Assembly: GCF_001194135.2 (NCBI RefSeq)
Contig: NC_068986.1
Location: 42,782,527-42,825,366 of the forward strand
Reading direction: 5' to 3'
Length of the DNA: 42,840 bases
From: Octopus bimaculoides
Taxonomy: Eukaryota
The position numbers were made by a program, and so were the translations under genes. The first letter of the stretch is position 1, and the number at the start of each line of letters is the position of its first letter. Positions 11,652 through 23,414 of this stretch are shown one piece after another. Below the pieces are notes generated by a model. The model made no database searches. It saw nothing but the letters and a program-made list of their open reading frames with translations, and was not told the DNA's origin.

Positions 11652-11710
11652 AAGGTAGTGTGCTGGCAGAATCATCAGCACGCCGGGCGAAATGCTTAAC
11701 GGTATTTCGT
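11652..11710 (+). mobile_element. SINE family 2, 5' head with A box, interrupted by the Tx1 tandem
   Basis: AAGGTAGTGTGCTGGCAGAATCATCAGCACGCCGGGCGAAATGCTTAACGGTATTTCGT matches the heads of intact copies (7169, 33003). The SINE match stops at 11710 and resumes at 15398. Confidence 0.85.
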
Positions 11711-13427
11711 TCCTGTGAATTATCTCCTGTCATATGAAATTGGTGAATTATTGTGAATACTTCTGTGTTACTCTGTGAAAACTGTTTGAATTTCTGTAAG
11801 TTGTCTCTGTGAATAATTGTGATTTTTGTGGAATTTATTGTTGTAACGTTACACGCGAGCCGCTGCATTTTTTCCCCAGCTATGGTGAGTGGTAGTGTTT
11901 CCAGTATGGAGAGCTACGCCATGGCCGCCGCAGAGAAGAAGCCAGTGCCGCTGGAAACCAAGTTGATCGAGCTGGATATGGAAGAGTGAGCAGAAGCAGG
12001 AATTTGATAGAGGTACAGGGAGACTCATACAAATTGTCCCCACGTAAAGAGACCAAGGAAGATAAAATTCTGAGGGCTGTTGTGTATCGTGCACAGGCTG
12101 TCGAGATCAGTAAAATTGAAATGGTGACGGAAGAGGAAATTGAGGAGTGCCTGGGTGAAATTGTGAATGAAGCCACGTACATCGGCAGAGGAAGAAAGTT
12201 CGGTACGATAGAGGTGAGGTTTGCCACCATAGAAGAGGCAGCCAAACATGCGACCAACATTTTAAGAAACACGAAAATAGCATTACTACCAAGTTATAGA
12301 GGAAGAAGAAGTGTGAGAATGCGTATTCCGAGAGTGCCACTAGAAATTAAACCGGAGTGGTTGGTTGCAACAGTTCTGTCTGCAACCAAGGAGGATCCGG
12401 AATTGGGACCAGTGGCGGAATCAAAAGTGCGCAACTGGTGGAGATTTGGACTCGAAATGTGGCTTTTTGCCACATTCGAGGACTTAGAAACAATTCCCTA
12501 CCAGATAGAAGTGGAGGACGAAAGAACGTTAAATGTCGTAGTCGAGGGAAGGAAATCAAATTGTTACATGTGCGAGGAAAGAGGTCATATGAAGACCAAA
12601 TGCCCCCTATATGAGTTCACACAGCTACAGCAAGAGAAAACACAAGCAGAGGAGGAAAACATTGTAAACCACACTGAGGAAATGAAAGAGAGACAGAAGT
12701 GTGAAACAGAGAAAACAAAGAAAAAGAACGAAAATGGAGCTACTAACCCTAAAAGCGATAGAAAAATAAGTCAAAGGAACGGTCAACAGAAAATAAAAAA
12801 GAGATAGGAAAGCCAGAAAGTTATAATATACAAGAAGAGGAGGAGAGAACGGATAAAGATGTTAAATACAAAGGGATTTTGATAAAACACGAGAAGAACA
12901 AGCAGATGGACAGAAAAATCACGAAGTTGGAAGAAATAATAAGGGGGAAGATGCCGGAAACCTGTGCTGAGAAATGCCTTTTAATACACGAGGAAAACTA
13001 TTGTGAGTACATAAAAGAACTTGGTGAAAATGTAACAACGAAACGGGTATGGTTGGTGGAGAGACCACCCCCTAAAACTTATTTGCAGTTGATAAAGACG
13101 GAAGTAACAGTGATTAATGGGAGAAAAATAACGCAAGTATTTCAGTTTTTTGAGTTGCAAAACTGTTAAAATGTATGCATGATGTTTAAGTAAAAGTGAA
13201 AAACTGAATAAATGTAACCACCCGACTTCGGGGGTCGAGTAGACATTGCGCCTCATTTTTTCATTCTTGCATATTATCATTTTATTTTAATTTTTCTTCT
13301 ATTATTATCATTCGCTTTTGTAATTTTAGTTCCCCGATTTTATGTTTGTTACGTTTTGTAATGTCTTTCTGTTTTGTGATGTCCTATAAAAACTCTTTGT
13401 ATAGCCCTTTTTGGGTAATAAAGAAAT
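11711..13427 (+). mobile_element. Tx1/L1-clade non-autonomous element A, ORF1 only (HAL1-like)
   Basis: 5' UTR rich in TGTGAA, a frameshifted ORF1 at 11882-13169, a T-rich 3' UTR, and a terminus GCCCTTTTTGGGTAATAAAGAAAT followed by the target motif. No APE or RT sequence seen. Confidence 0.75.
11986..12807 (+). CDS. Main open segment (273 aa) of a gag-like ORF1p with a CCHC zinc knuckle
   Basis: VVVEGRKSNCYMCEERGHMKTKCP gives C-X2-C-X4-H-X4-C preceded by V.GR, typical of Tx1/L1-clade ORF1. The likely start is ATG 11882 (MVSGSVSSMESYAMAAA...), with a frameshift near 11986 and a continuation at 12879-13169. Confidence 0.75.
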   Translation: MSRSRNLIEVQGDSYKLSPRKETKEDKILRAVVYRAQAVEISKIEMVTEEEIEECLGEIVNEATYIGRGRKFGTIEVRFATIEEAAKHATNILRNTKIALLPSYRGRRSVRMRIPRVPLEIKPEWLVATVLSATKEDPELGPVAESKVRNWWRFGLEMWLFATFEDLETIPYQIEVEDERTLNVVVEGRKSNCYMCEERGHMKTKCPLYEFTQLQQEKTQAEEENIVNHTEEMKERQKCETEKTKKKNENGATNPKSDRKISQRNGQQKIKKR

Positions 13428-13444
13428 CGGTATTTTGTCTGTCT

Positions 13445-15397
13445 CTTTTGTTTCTTACGCGTCGCACATGTGTTCGTGGCGAAAATTGCTGTTTCTTACT
13501 GTTAATATTGCTAATAACTGCTGTTTCTTGTTGAATTGTTGAATTTCTTAACTGTTGGAGTTTTCATTTGAAAACACTAAGTGCTTGTAGAAAGCACGCG
13601 TTATTCATTCCTCCGTTAGGGGAAGAATGTCGTCTAGCGAGGAGCCTACCGTTGGAACAGAAATGTTTGTTTCTCCTGTTCAAAGGAAGAATTACATGTT
13701 GTCTGGCGAGGAGCCAACTACGAGCAAGGAAATAGTGGATTCCCCCGTTGCAAAAAAGAATGACAAAATGTATGAGTTATTTGGAGATGTATCTGAAAGC
13801 TCGTCAGAACTTTCACTAGAAGAATTCCCGAGTTTGCCAAAAAACAAAAGTATTGTGTCCAAAAGAATAATTGATGCACCTAGCATCCAAACTGAACAAC
13901 CGAAAAAAGAAAAAAAGAGTTTTGCGTTGGCAGCTGGGGATAGAACCCGGCTGTTTTCGACGAATAAGTGTAATTTCATGAAATACAGTGAAATTATGTA
14001 AATAAACGATAACGTGGTTAAAATACAACCACCGGAGAAATTACAATTAGAAAAAAAAAAAACAGAAAACAATAATATTCAAAACTTACTGTTTGCAAAA
14101 AAGAAAAATTGAGAATTGCCTGAAGCCAATCTGTAGCGACGTGGTTTATCTGACAAGAGGCAGGAAATTTGGTACGGTGCAAGTAAGGTTTACCAACAAA
14201 GAAATTGCACAGAAACATTCAGTAGAAACGCTGAAAATGGCCTACGTGGCGCCCCACCCCACCTATATAGGGATGAGAACGTCCAAAATTAAAATCACGA
14301 GGGTCCCACCGGAAATGGATCCTATGTGGTTGGTAGCGGCAGTCTTAATCAAACAGGAAGATAAAATTACTCTCCTCTAGGCTGCCGCTACTGAAAACGC
14401 TAACTGGACTGGTCAAACAGTCTCCTCATCCAGGCTGAACCCGAGTTCAAAAGTTTTTGCGAACAGGAAGCCTGGTGTTCTCGTAGACCGTGGTCGAGTG
14501 AATGGCATAAAGAGTGCCGTAAGGCCCTCTTGCTATTCCGGCGCTTGGGCAACACCAGTGGTGGGGATTCCATAAAGATTTTATATAGTGGGTTGGTAGA
14601 GTCTGAATGCGACGATGGCCTGGGGGTGACTCTAGGTCTCGGGTTTAGTTATCTGGACAGCCTGTTTCACCGTATATTCGGGTTGAGAACGTTGGACAAC
14701 TTCCAAAAGTCCTTAACCTGGCAATGATACAGGGATAAGTTCGCAAGACACGGTAAGCGTCAGTCACCGACCTGTCCAAGATGCGGGTGAGACAGGGAAA
14801 CCGTCCATCACGCTATTGTTCAGTGTCCGGAAATATCTGAAATGTGGACTTATGCTGAACACCTGCTGCCCGGTGAAGGAAGAGTACAGCTGTCGACTGA
14901 GTTAATTATAAAAATTGACCCACCGGGAGTTTTAACAAACGAAAGCAAGAATTGTTTTCTCACGGTTGAAGCAATAGCGAAAGAGGCAGTATGGTAGACT
15001 AGGATAAAAGGAATTAATACAGGCAACTTTATCTCTGGTCACAATTTACGATCATTCTTTTATTTTTCATTTGAAAAAGGTGTGGCTGGAGAAGAGATGT
15101 CTGTCGGAGTGTACGTTCCAAAAGAGATGGAAGCATGTTGCACGAGTGTTGTGCGTGCAAGGAACTGTATGAATAAACGGAAAAAAGGTACCAGCGATAG
15201 ATCGGGGCTTGTGGGGTCGGAGCGTGGCCTGATCATCGCTTCATTTGTATTGTCCCTATATTGCTAATTTCATTCGATTTTTTAAATATTTCATTTAATT
15301 TTTAAAAGTCACATTTAATGTAAAATCATAGCATTACTGATCCCATCAGTTGTTCTGTCCATTTCTATGTTTAGCCCCCGGTGGGCAATAAAGAAAT
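13445..15397 (+). mobile_element. Tx1/L1-clade element B, internally deleted (ORF1 N-half joined to ORF2 C-terminus)
   Basis: ORF1 remnant 13627-14435 (KKSFALAA; YLTRGRKFGTVQVRF...RVPPEMDPMWLVAAVL) is homologous to element A. From about 14445 an ORF2 tail follows (DNFQKSLTWQ, TCPRCG.DRETVHHAIVQCP zinc finger, AKEAVW). Terminus GCCCCCGGTGGGCAATAAAGAAAT. Confidence 0.8.
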
Positions 15398-15567
15398 TGG
15401 TATTTCGTCTGTCTTTATGTTTTGAGTTCAAATTCCACCGAGGTCGACTTTACCTTTCATCCTTTCGGGGCCGAAAAATTAAGTACCAATTGCGTACTGG
15501 GGTCGATCTAATTGACTGGCCCCCCTCCCCCAAAATTTTGGGCCTTCTTCCTAGAATAGAAAAGAAT
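15398..15567 (+). mobile_element. SINE family 2, remaining body (B box, core, tail) of the interrupted copy
   Basis: TGGTATTTCGTCTGTCTTTATGTTTTGAGTTCAAATTCC...TTTCATCCTTTCGGGGCCG continues the SINE at the point where 11652-11710 stops. Confidence 0.85.
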
Positions 15568-15740
15568 CGTTACTACGCCGGGCAAAATGCTTACTGACAT
15601 TTCCCTCGTTTTTCCGTTCTGTCTTCAAATTTCGCCAAGGTCGATTTTTACCTTTCATCCGTTCGGAGTTAAGCACTGGGAGGCGATGTAACCGACTTAA
15701 CCACTCCCTCGAAATTACTGGCCTTCTGCGAAAATTTTTA
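15568..15740 (+). mobile_element. SINE family 2, degenerate tandem copy
   Basis: CGCCGGGCAAAATGCTTA...GGTCGATTTTTACCTTTCATCC. Confidence 0.7.
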
Positions 15741-16081
15741 ATCAATATGTACATGGATAAGTTCAGTCGCAATATGGGTAACTTTTGGTAAACTGAAATC
15801 TGTGAATTAGTGGGATTGTTCCTGCTCAACAAAATGTGCATCTCGACTGAAAGAAACCATTGTTCCAAAATGTACTCCTCTTTACCTTATATGTGAATGT
15901 ATACAAATATATATTTTAAATGTAATCAATCATCAGATCTAATCAATAGATTCCAATATCTTGAGACAAATGAATTGAATAAAATGACTGCGAATGTAAA
16001 ATACTGGATCTGTTACTTTATTATAATTTGAGTATAATTTTCGGTAGACTCAGTAAAATTACTTGTGTTATGCAATGTTCT

Positions 16082-16300
16082 CAGGGTGGCGAAATGGCAG
16101 TATCGTTAGCCCGCTGGACAAAATGCTTCACAGCATTTCGTCCAACTTTACGTTTTGAGTTCAAACTCCGCCGAACTTAACTTTGCCTTTCATCTTTCGG
16201 GGTCGATAAAATAAGTACTAGTTGGAGACATGGGGTCTGTGTAATCGACTTACCCCCACTCCAAAACTTCTAACCTTGTGCCAGAATTGGAAATCAATAT
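16082..16300 (+). mobile_element. SINE family 2
   Basis: TGGCAGTATCGTTAG, GAGTTCAAACTCC, TTTCATCTTTCGGGGTCGATAAAATAAGTAC. Confidence 0.8.
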
Positions 16301-17694
16301 TTTAGCGAGGTATGGGGGCAAGTGCTACTGTATATATCAATAACTTCACTGCCTTAGTTTCATCTAAAGCTCATTTTTTTTTTGCGGTATTAATATTAAT
16401 GAGGAGGGGCATGTCGTCTGTCTGTAGGTTCTAGGTTCAAATTCTGGGTCGATGAAATAAATATCAATACATTTCCCACGCACATTTGTTTCATGGTTAA
16501 TGTACTACAATATATATGTGAGTGCCAATCAAAAACGTTATTTGTCTATATATGGCCTCTGCTACTAAACGAATTTGACAATTTTTCTGTCGATTTAATT
16601 TCTAGATGCAGCTTTGCTCCTCGCTTCCTACATTCTCTGCCAACCTTTAGTCCTCTTTCTTTTCACTTAACCTCCACAATGGCTTCGCTGAAAGCTAAGA
16701 ATCTCTCCAGCTCGTTTCATCCAGTATTTACTTCCTCTCCCTTCGTTCACTTCTCCCCTTACTCCGCACCACTTCTCTCCGATCTCCTCTCTTCTACTCA
16801 TCACATCATTCCTTGTACTTTCACTTCATTCCATTAAATATTTTCTAGCTTGCGGACAGAGAGACAATAACCTCACCTTATCTCTCTTTGTCTTTCTCTT
16901 TCTCTATCTCTCTCGCTCTCGCTCCGTCTCTCTCTCTCTTTCTCGCTCTCCCTCCCACTTCTCTCTCTCTTAACCTCTCATATTCACTTCCTACAGAAAA
17001 CCAAGAACTCGAAACATTAAAGTTTTTACTCTTCACGACAATTGAACATATCTGATTCTAATATGACCTCTCCTTTGAACTATCACTTGCCTCTTGGGAT
17101 TCTAGATTTTATCATAAGTTCTGTTTCAGCAACTTTATTGACAATTGACCAACAACAACAAAGACACAGGAAACAAAGAACATGAAAGAAAGAGAAAGTT
17201 ACGACAAACACTGACCCTTGAAATCCTTGTAAATTGCAGAGCTGAAGACATCTGACATGGCAAATGACGACATCATTTTCTGGAAAGTTACATTTCATTA
17301 AATTGAATTGAAATTTAAGCATAAATAGTCCTAAGTAAATACTGCAAACCTTGTTTACGTTAATCCAGCGACTATTTTGCTTCAATGATAACACACGTAT
17401 ACATAGACAGACAGTTATAAGATATGAAAATCTCAGTCATAAATAAAATGAATTTGACGTATTTACTCCTGTTTAAATTTCTATAAATTACATTTCCTTA
17501 TGAATACATAAAACCGAATTCAATTTTTATAGCCATATTAAATTTTAAAATAATGAAATTAAGGTGTATGAAGCAACTCTAAAAATAAATTTTATTGATG
17601 AGTTTTACAATATGATAATTACAGAAATTCGCACTATTAACCAGTAGCATACACACACAAAATCACAAAAAATGCAAGCACATGAGTGTGCGTG

Positions 17695-17818
17695 CGCGTG
17701 GTGTGACATGGTGTGGTGTGGCATGGTGTGGTGGTGGTAGTGGTGGTGGTGGTAGTGGTGGTGGTGGTAGTGGTGGTGGTGGTAATGGTGGTGGTAATGG
17801 TGGTGGTGGTGTGTGTGT
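17695..17818. repeat. (GGT)n trinucleotide repeat
   Basis: Direct reading; produces the poly-Val ORF 17713-17937. Confidence 0.9.
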
Positions 17819-18052
17819 ACTTCTATATTTTATTTAAGCTTGTATGGTACCCTGATACATTGGAGTTTCCAAGCATGACTGGGTTCCAGGGTTCCAACAC
17901 CATGAAACAGACCACTAGAGCATGGCGGATCTACTAACAGACCATTGGACCGGTTTAAAAATATACTATACTCTATGTTTGTATTGAGTACTCCTTCTCC
18001 GGTTCATTAGTCAGCAACTGATATATAGATAAACATGTATACATGCATACGT

Positions 18053-18089
<37 letters not shown>

Positions 18090-18280
18090 NNNNNNNNNNN
18101 NNNNNNNNNNNNNNNNNNNNNNNNNNNNNNNNNNNNNNNNNNNNNNNNNNNNNNNNNNNNNNNNNNNNNNNNNNNNNNNNNNNNNNNNNNNNNNNNNNNN
18201 NNNNNNNNNNNNNNNNNNNNNNNNNNNNNNNNNNNNNNNNNNNNNNNNNNNNCGTCGCTTTGAGATCGCGACCTGTTCAC

Positions 18281-18316
18281 TGACAAAATTCCGTGCTGCA
18301 TCACGGAATTTTGTCA
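18281..18316. other. Perfect 15-bp stem, 6-nt loop palindrome
   Basis: TGACAAAATTCCGTG-CTGCAT-CACGGAATTTTGTCA. Confidence 0.85.
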
Positions 18317-18409
18317 AAAGGGAAAGTTCAAGGAAGGAAAAAAATCACCAACAGTACGTGTGTAGTTACATTTCTGAAGTGATGTGTATATAGGTACTGT
18401 ATATTTTTT

Positions 18410-18629
18410 TACTTTATTCTTTTACTTGTTTCAGCCAGTAGACAGCGGTCATGCTGGTGCACAGTTTTGATGTTTTTGTCTAATGAACTAACTCCAGTAC
18501 TTACCTTTTTTTAAAGCCTCATACTTATTCTAGCAGTCTCCTTAGCTGAATCGCTAAGTTACAGGGTCGCAAACACACCAATACTAATTGTTGAGCGGTG
18601 GTGGGAGGACAAATCCAGACACAATGACA

Positions 18630-18640
<11 letters not shown>
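18410..18640 (-). mobile_element. SINE family 1, 3' part
   Basis: CTTTTACTTGTTTCAG...CATGCTGGTGCAC...CGCTAAGTTAC. Confidence 0.7.
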
Positions 18641-18668
<28 letters not shown>

Positions 18669-19109
18669 CTGGCTTGCATTAATCTTCATCCTGCCATGGC
18701 ATCTCAGAGATACATAAACATAAAAATAAAAAAGCAAATATATTTATTTATGCATGTGTGTGTGCCCATATATATATATATACACACACACATTCATATG
18801 CATATATACACAAACATATTCATAGAGAGAGAGAGAGAGAGAGTGAGAGTGAGAAAGACAGAAAAGTTGAGAGAGAGGGAAAGAGTGGGAGAAACTGAGG
18901 GAAAACAAAACTTTGTAGGAACATACAGGTGAAATAGAGCTCAATAGCAAGAGTATTTTGTTAATTTTGTTTTTTATTCCTCTTTAGTGTTACGCAAGTG
19001 ACTGAAGAGCCGAGGGTTTCGTTCATTGCCCATATGAAAAACCCGGTGAGGGTTATACTCGAAACTCTTGACCTTTGTGTCACTTATTTAACTTGAACAC
19101 ACACAAACA

Positions 19110-19180
<71 letters not shown>

Positions 19181-20614
19181 ATCTCAAGCTATAGTAATTT
19201 ATTTGCATATAAGCAGTTTAATTATCATGTCAGATGTTCTTCAGTAAATTCGTGAATATTTTATAAGTATAGGTAAGATCAAATGTTGGTTATTTTTATT
19301 TATCTTATTTATCTTCCGAAGAAGTTTATTGTCGGCTGGAGAAAAAAAAGACAAGTGATTTAAAATGTGTTACTTATAAGAACTCGAAAGTCATTGAGTG
19401 TGTGTGTGTGTGTGTGTAATGGAACAATTTATCATCAAACCAAATATTTGATTTGAACGCATACAATAGAGTATACTCCATTAAAATCACTATTGCCACG
19501 AGCTAGAATTAAACTGGGTGACGGATTAGATCTACCATCCAAGGACACGAAGGGTTACTATCCCTACTGGTTTTCCATCTCCCAGAATTCTACCCATAAT
19601 GCATTAGCCCATCTGGTTTTAGTAGAAGATTCTTATCGTAGATAATATGGTGTGGATTTGAACCCGAAATCGCATAGTAGTTAATCAATGTTCTTTGCTT
19701 CGCAGACACTTCATTTTTCGTTGACTTAATGGGTATGCGTATATATATATATATATATATATATATATNNNNNNNNNNNNNNNNNNNNNNNNNNNNNNNN
19801 NNNNNNNNNNNNNNNNNNNNNNNNNNNNNNNNNNNNNNNNNNNNNNNNNNNNNNNNNNNNNNNNNNNNNNNNNNNNNNNNNNNNNNNNNNNNNNNNNNNN
19901 NNNNNNNNNNNNNNNNNNNNNNNNNNNNNNNNNNNNNNNNNNNNNNNNNNNNNNNNNNNNNNNNNNNNNNNNNNNNNNNNNNNNNNNNNNNNNNNNNNNN
20001 NNNNNNNNNNNNNNNNNNNNNNNNNNNNNNNNNNNNNNNNNNNNNNNNNNNNNNNNNNNNNNNNNNNNNNNNNNNNNNNNNNNNNNNNNNNNNNNNNNNN
20101 NNNNNNNNNNNNNNNNNNNNNNNNNNNNNNNNNNNNNNNNNNNNNNNNNNNNNNNNNNNNNNNNNNNNNNNNNNNNNNNNNNNNNNNNNNNNNNNNNNNN
20201 NNNNNNNNNNNNNNNNNNNNNNNNNNNNNNNNNNNNNNNNNNNNNNNNNNNNNNNNNNNNNNNNNNNNNNNNNNNNNNNNNNNNNNNNNNNNNNNNNNNN
20301 NNNNNNNNNNNNNNNNNNNNNNNNNNNNNNNNNNNNNNNNNNNNNNNNNNNNNNNNNNNNNNNNNNNNNNNNNNNNNNNNNNNNNNNNNNNNNNNNNNNN
20401 NNNNNNNNNNNNNNNNNNNNNNNNNNNNNNNNNNNNNNNNNNNNNNNNNNNNNNNNNNNNNNNNNNNNNNNNNNNNNNNNNNNNNNNNNNNNNNNNNNNN
20501 NNNNNNNNNNNNNNNNNNNNNNNNNNNNNNNNNNNNNNNNNNNNNNNNNNNNNNNNNNNNNNNNNNNNNNNNNNNNNNNNNNNNNNNNNNNNNNNNNNNN
20601 NNNNNNNNNNNNNN

Positions 20615-20649
<35 letters not shown>

Positions 20650-20651
<2 letters not shown>

Positions 20652-20812
20652 CGCAGGCATGTCTGTGTGGTAACAAGTTCGCTTCCCAACCACATGGTTC
20701 TGGGCTCAGTCTCACTGAGTGGCACCTTGGGCAAGTGTCTTCTATTATAGCTTCAGGCCGACCAAAGCATTGTGGGTGGATTTGGTAGGCGGAAACTGAA
20801 AGAAGTACGTCA
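20650..20812 (+). mobile_element. SINE family 1, 5' half
   Basis: GGCGCAGGCATGTCTGTGTGGTAAC...GGCACCTTGGGCAAGTGTCTT. Confidence 0.85.
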
Positions 20813-20974
20813 TACATAATTTAATAAATAAATAAATAAATAATATAAGCATATGTTTGAAGATTTTGCTTATTTGGGGGATTATCTTGTCTACTCCAGT
20901 CTGCATAGCAGATGTTTATACATATTGTTAGTCATAAATACTCGAACCTCTTCTTTACAGCTACTTAATTAGTT

Positions 20975-21399
20975 ATCTTTTATCTTGTACTTGTTTCAAT
21001 CATATTGCGGCCATGCTGGGGCACCGCCTTGAAGGATTTTTTAAAATCAAACAAATCGGCCCCAGTACTTAGTTTTTTAAAGCCTAGTACTTATAATATC
21101 GGACTCTTTTGCTAGACCGCTAAGTTACGAGGACGTAAATACATCATCACCGGTTTTCAAGCGGTGTTGAGGGGACAAACACAGACACAAAAATACACAC
21201 ACACGCACGCACACACACATATATATATATATATACCGCGGACGTCTTTCAGTTTCCGTCTACCAAATCCATCCACAATGTTTTGATCTGCCCGAGGCTA
21301 TAGCAGAAAAATTTACCATAGGTGCCACTTAATGGAACTGAAACCGGGATCATGGGGGTTTGGAAGGAAGCTTCTTACCACACAACTGCACCTGCGCCT
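20975..21399 (-). mobile_element. SINE family 1, full-length degenerate copy with internal microsatellite
   Basis: Reverse complement of the 7396-7804 structure, ending CTTACCACACAACTGCACCTGCGCCT. Confidence 0.82.
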
Positions 21400-22499
21400 A
21401 CGTATTTAATAAATTTCTACAACAAATTAAGACAAATTTTTCATTTTTCGCGCGAATTTTGTATTGATAATTATATTGTGGTAGTTAGATTGTTAGAGTC
21501 CATGAAAATATTTTCTATCTGAAGATAATCTCTAAATGGGAAGTAGACATTTTTCATGTGATGGGAAAAATATGCGATTCGAATTTAGAATGTTTGGCCT
21601 GCCAGTGTTCTTACTAAAATAATTTTCCAGCAGTTATATTAGAATCCGTTCTAGCAGCTGTGCAACAGATTTCTGTTCAATGATTTTTGCTCTTTTCACG
21701 TTGTCCCAGTCTACTCAGCTGAGTAAGCGGCCCAATCGTGACTACTTTTTTTTTTTTAGGTAAAATGTATCTAACAAAACATTATCCAGTGCCTTATTTC
21801 CTCTTTAAGACGGCGGGGGAGACATGAGTACTGCTTCTAATAAGTCGAACGACCTCGTAAAGGTTGTTTTGTTGATTCATTTTCTTTTCATATCATTCAC
21901 TGACATTTTCATGGCAGAGAATTAATGATTCGAAAACTTGACCCGTGAAACAACAAACCGTTATACCACAACCTCTACCAGCCAATAAGGGAGTATATTT
22001 GTCCTCGTTTGACGTACTAAAAGTGCATCGAAACTCCACCGTCTTTGCAAAAAAAAAAACCCAGACATAACATAACCTCAGTAAACTTTTTCTGAGATGA
22101 GATAGATAGTTATGGCAAGATTGCCTTTGATCATTAACTTGCTCGATCAGAACTGACCAAACCACTATATCTTCTAGGTACTTACAAAATAAAAAGGGTG
22201 GGGGGGACAGAATCCTTTCTGAATTTTATTTTAATTTATCAAAGTTATCTGAGAGAATGAACAATATTGATTCATGCGTAAAGGATTTCGAAAGAAATTC
22301 AGATCTCATCCTTTGCTCCTATTATAAACTTGTATATTCTTATACTCTATTAACAATGATTTTTTCCTAAATTGACTAGAGTAGTTTACAGACTCTTTCG
22401 AGGACCTCCTGTGCCTGAGAATATATCTTCAGTCACTTGTGGAATTGTTCTTCAAGAAAGTGATAGTCTTCTTCCGTCACCAAAAGCTAGTTTTATGAT

Positions 22500-22837
22500 T
22501 TACTCTTTTACTCTTTTACTTGTTTCAGTCTTTTGATTGTGGTCATGCTGGAGCATCACCTTTAGTCGAGCAAATCGATCCCTGGACTTATTCTTTGGAA
22601 GCCTAGTATTTATTCTATCGGTCTCTTTTGCCGAACCGCTAAGTTACGGGGACATAAACACACCAGCATCGGTTGTCAAGCGATGTTGGGGGGGGGGGAC
22701 AAACACAGACACACAAACACACACACACACACACACANNNNNNNNNNNNNNNNNNNNNNNNNNNNNNNNNNNNNNNNNNNNNNNNNNNNNNNNNNNNNNN
22801 NNNNNNNNNNNNNNNNNNNNNNNNNNNNNNNNNNNNN

Positions 22838-22876
<39 letters not shown>

Positions 22877-22998
22877 TACAACGGGCTTCTTTCAGTTTCC
22901 ATCTACCAAAACCATTCACAAGGCTTTGGTCGGCCTGAGGCTATAGTAGAAGACACTTGCCCGAGATGCCACGCAGTGGGACTGAACCCGGGACCATG
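22500..22998 (-). mobile_element. SINE family 1, with an assembly gap inside its internal microsatellite
   Basis: 3' part 22500-22735, gap 22738-22837, 5' part 22875-22998. Confidence 0.82.
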
Positions 22999-23414
22999 TT
23001 TATTTTTCTCTTATTTTTCTCTTTATTTCCTTTCTATACAATTCGATTTTATTTCTGGTTACTTCCGAGATTTCGCGATTTGAATGAGCTATCCAAATTA
23101 TAATTATTAGTTTTTTCCTCTTTCTTCATATTAATGATTCTGTTATCATCAAAGAAATAAAACCTTACTTTTTGTATGATGACAACTATTCACAAAATGA
23201 AACCGTGAAAACAGATATATATATATAGCTTTCACTACCTAGTTTATTTTAAAATTAACGGCAAATATTAATAAGAACTTTGTACACACTTTTCAACCAA
23301 ATACCTAAGTAAATAAAAAAAAAATATTCAGGTGAAAGAACAAATAATTAAGCAAAAATATTTATTAAAGATGACCAAACATTTATTCTTTTACAAAATA
23401 ATAATGTTTTTCAT

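Noticed and set aside
17220-17295. Possible micro-exon TTGCAG|...LKTSDMANDDIIFWK, faintly like clathrin heavy chain MTDDVTFWKW
   Set aside because: Only a few identities, a weak donor (GTTACA), and no other exons of such a gene in the window.
17820-17950. Complex GC-balanced stretch after a pyrimidine tract, as a candidate exon
   Set aside because: Plus frames hit stops before a credible donor, and no frame on either strand gives a recognisable peptide.
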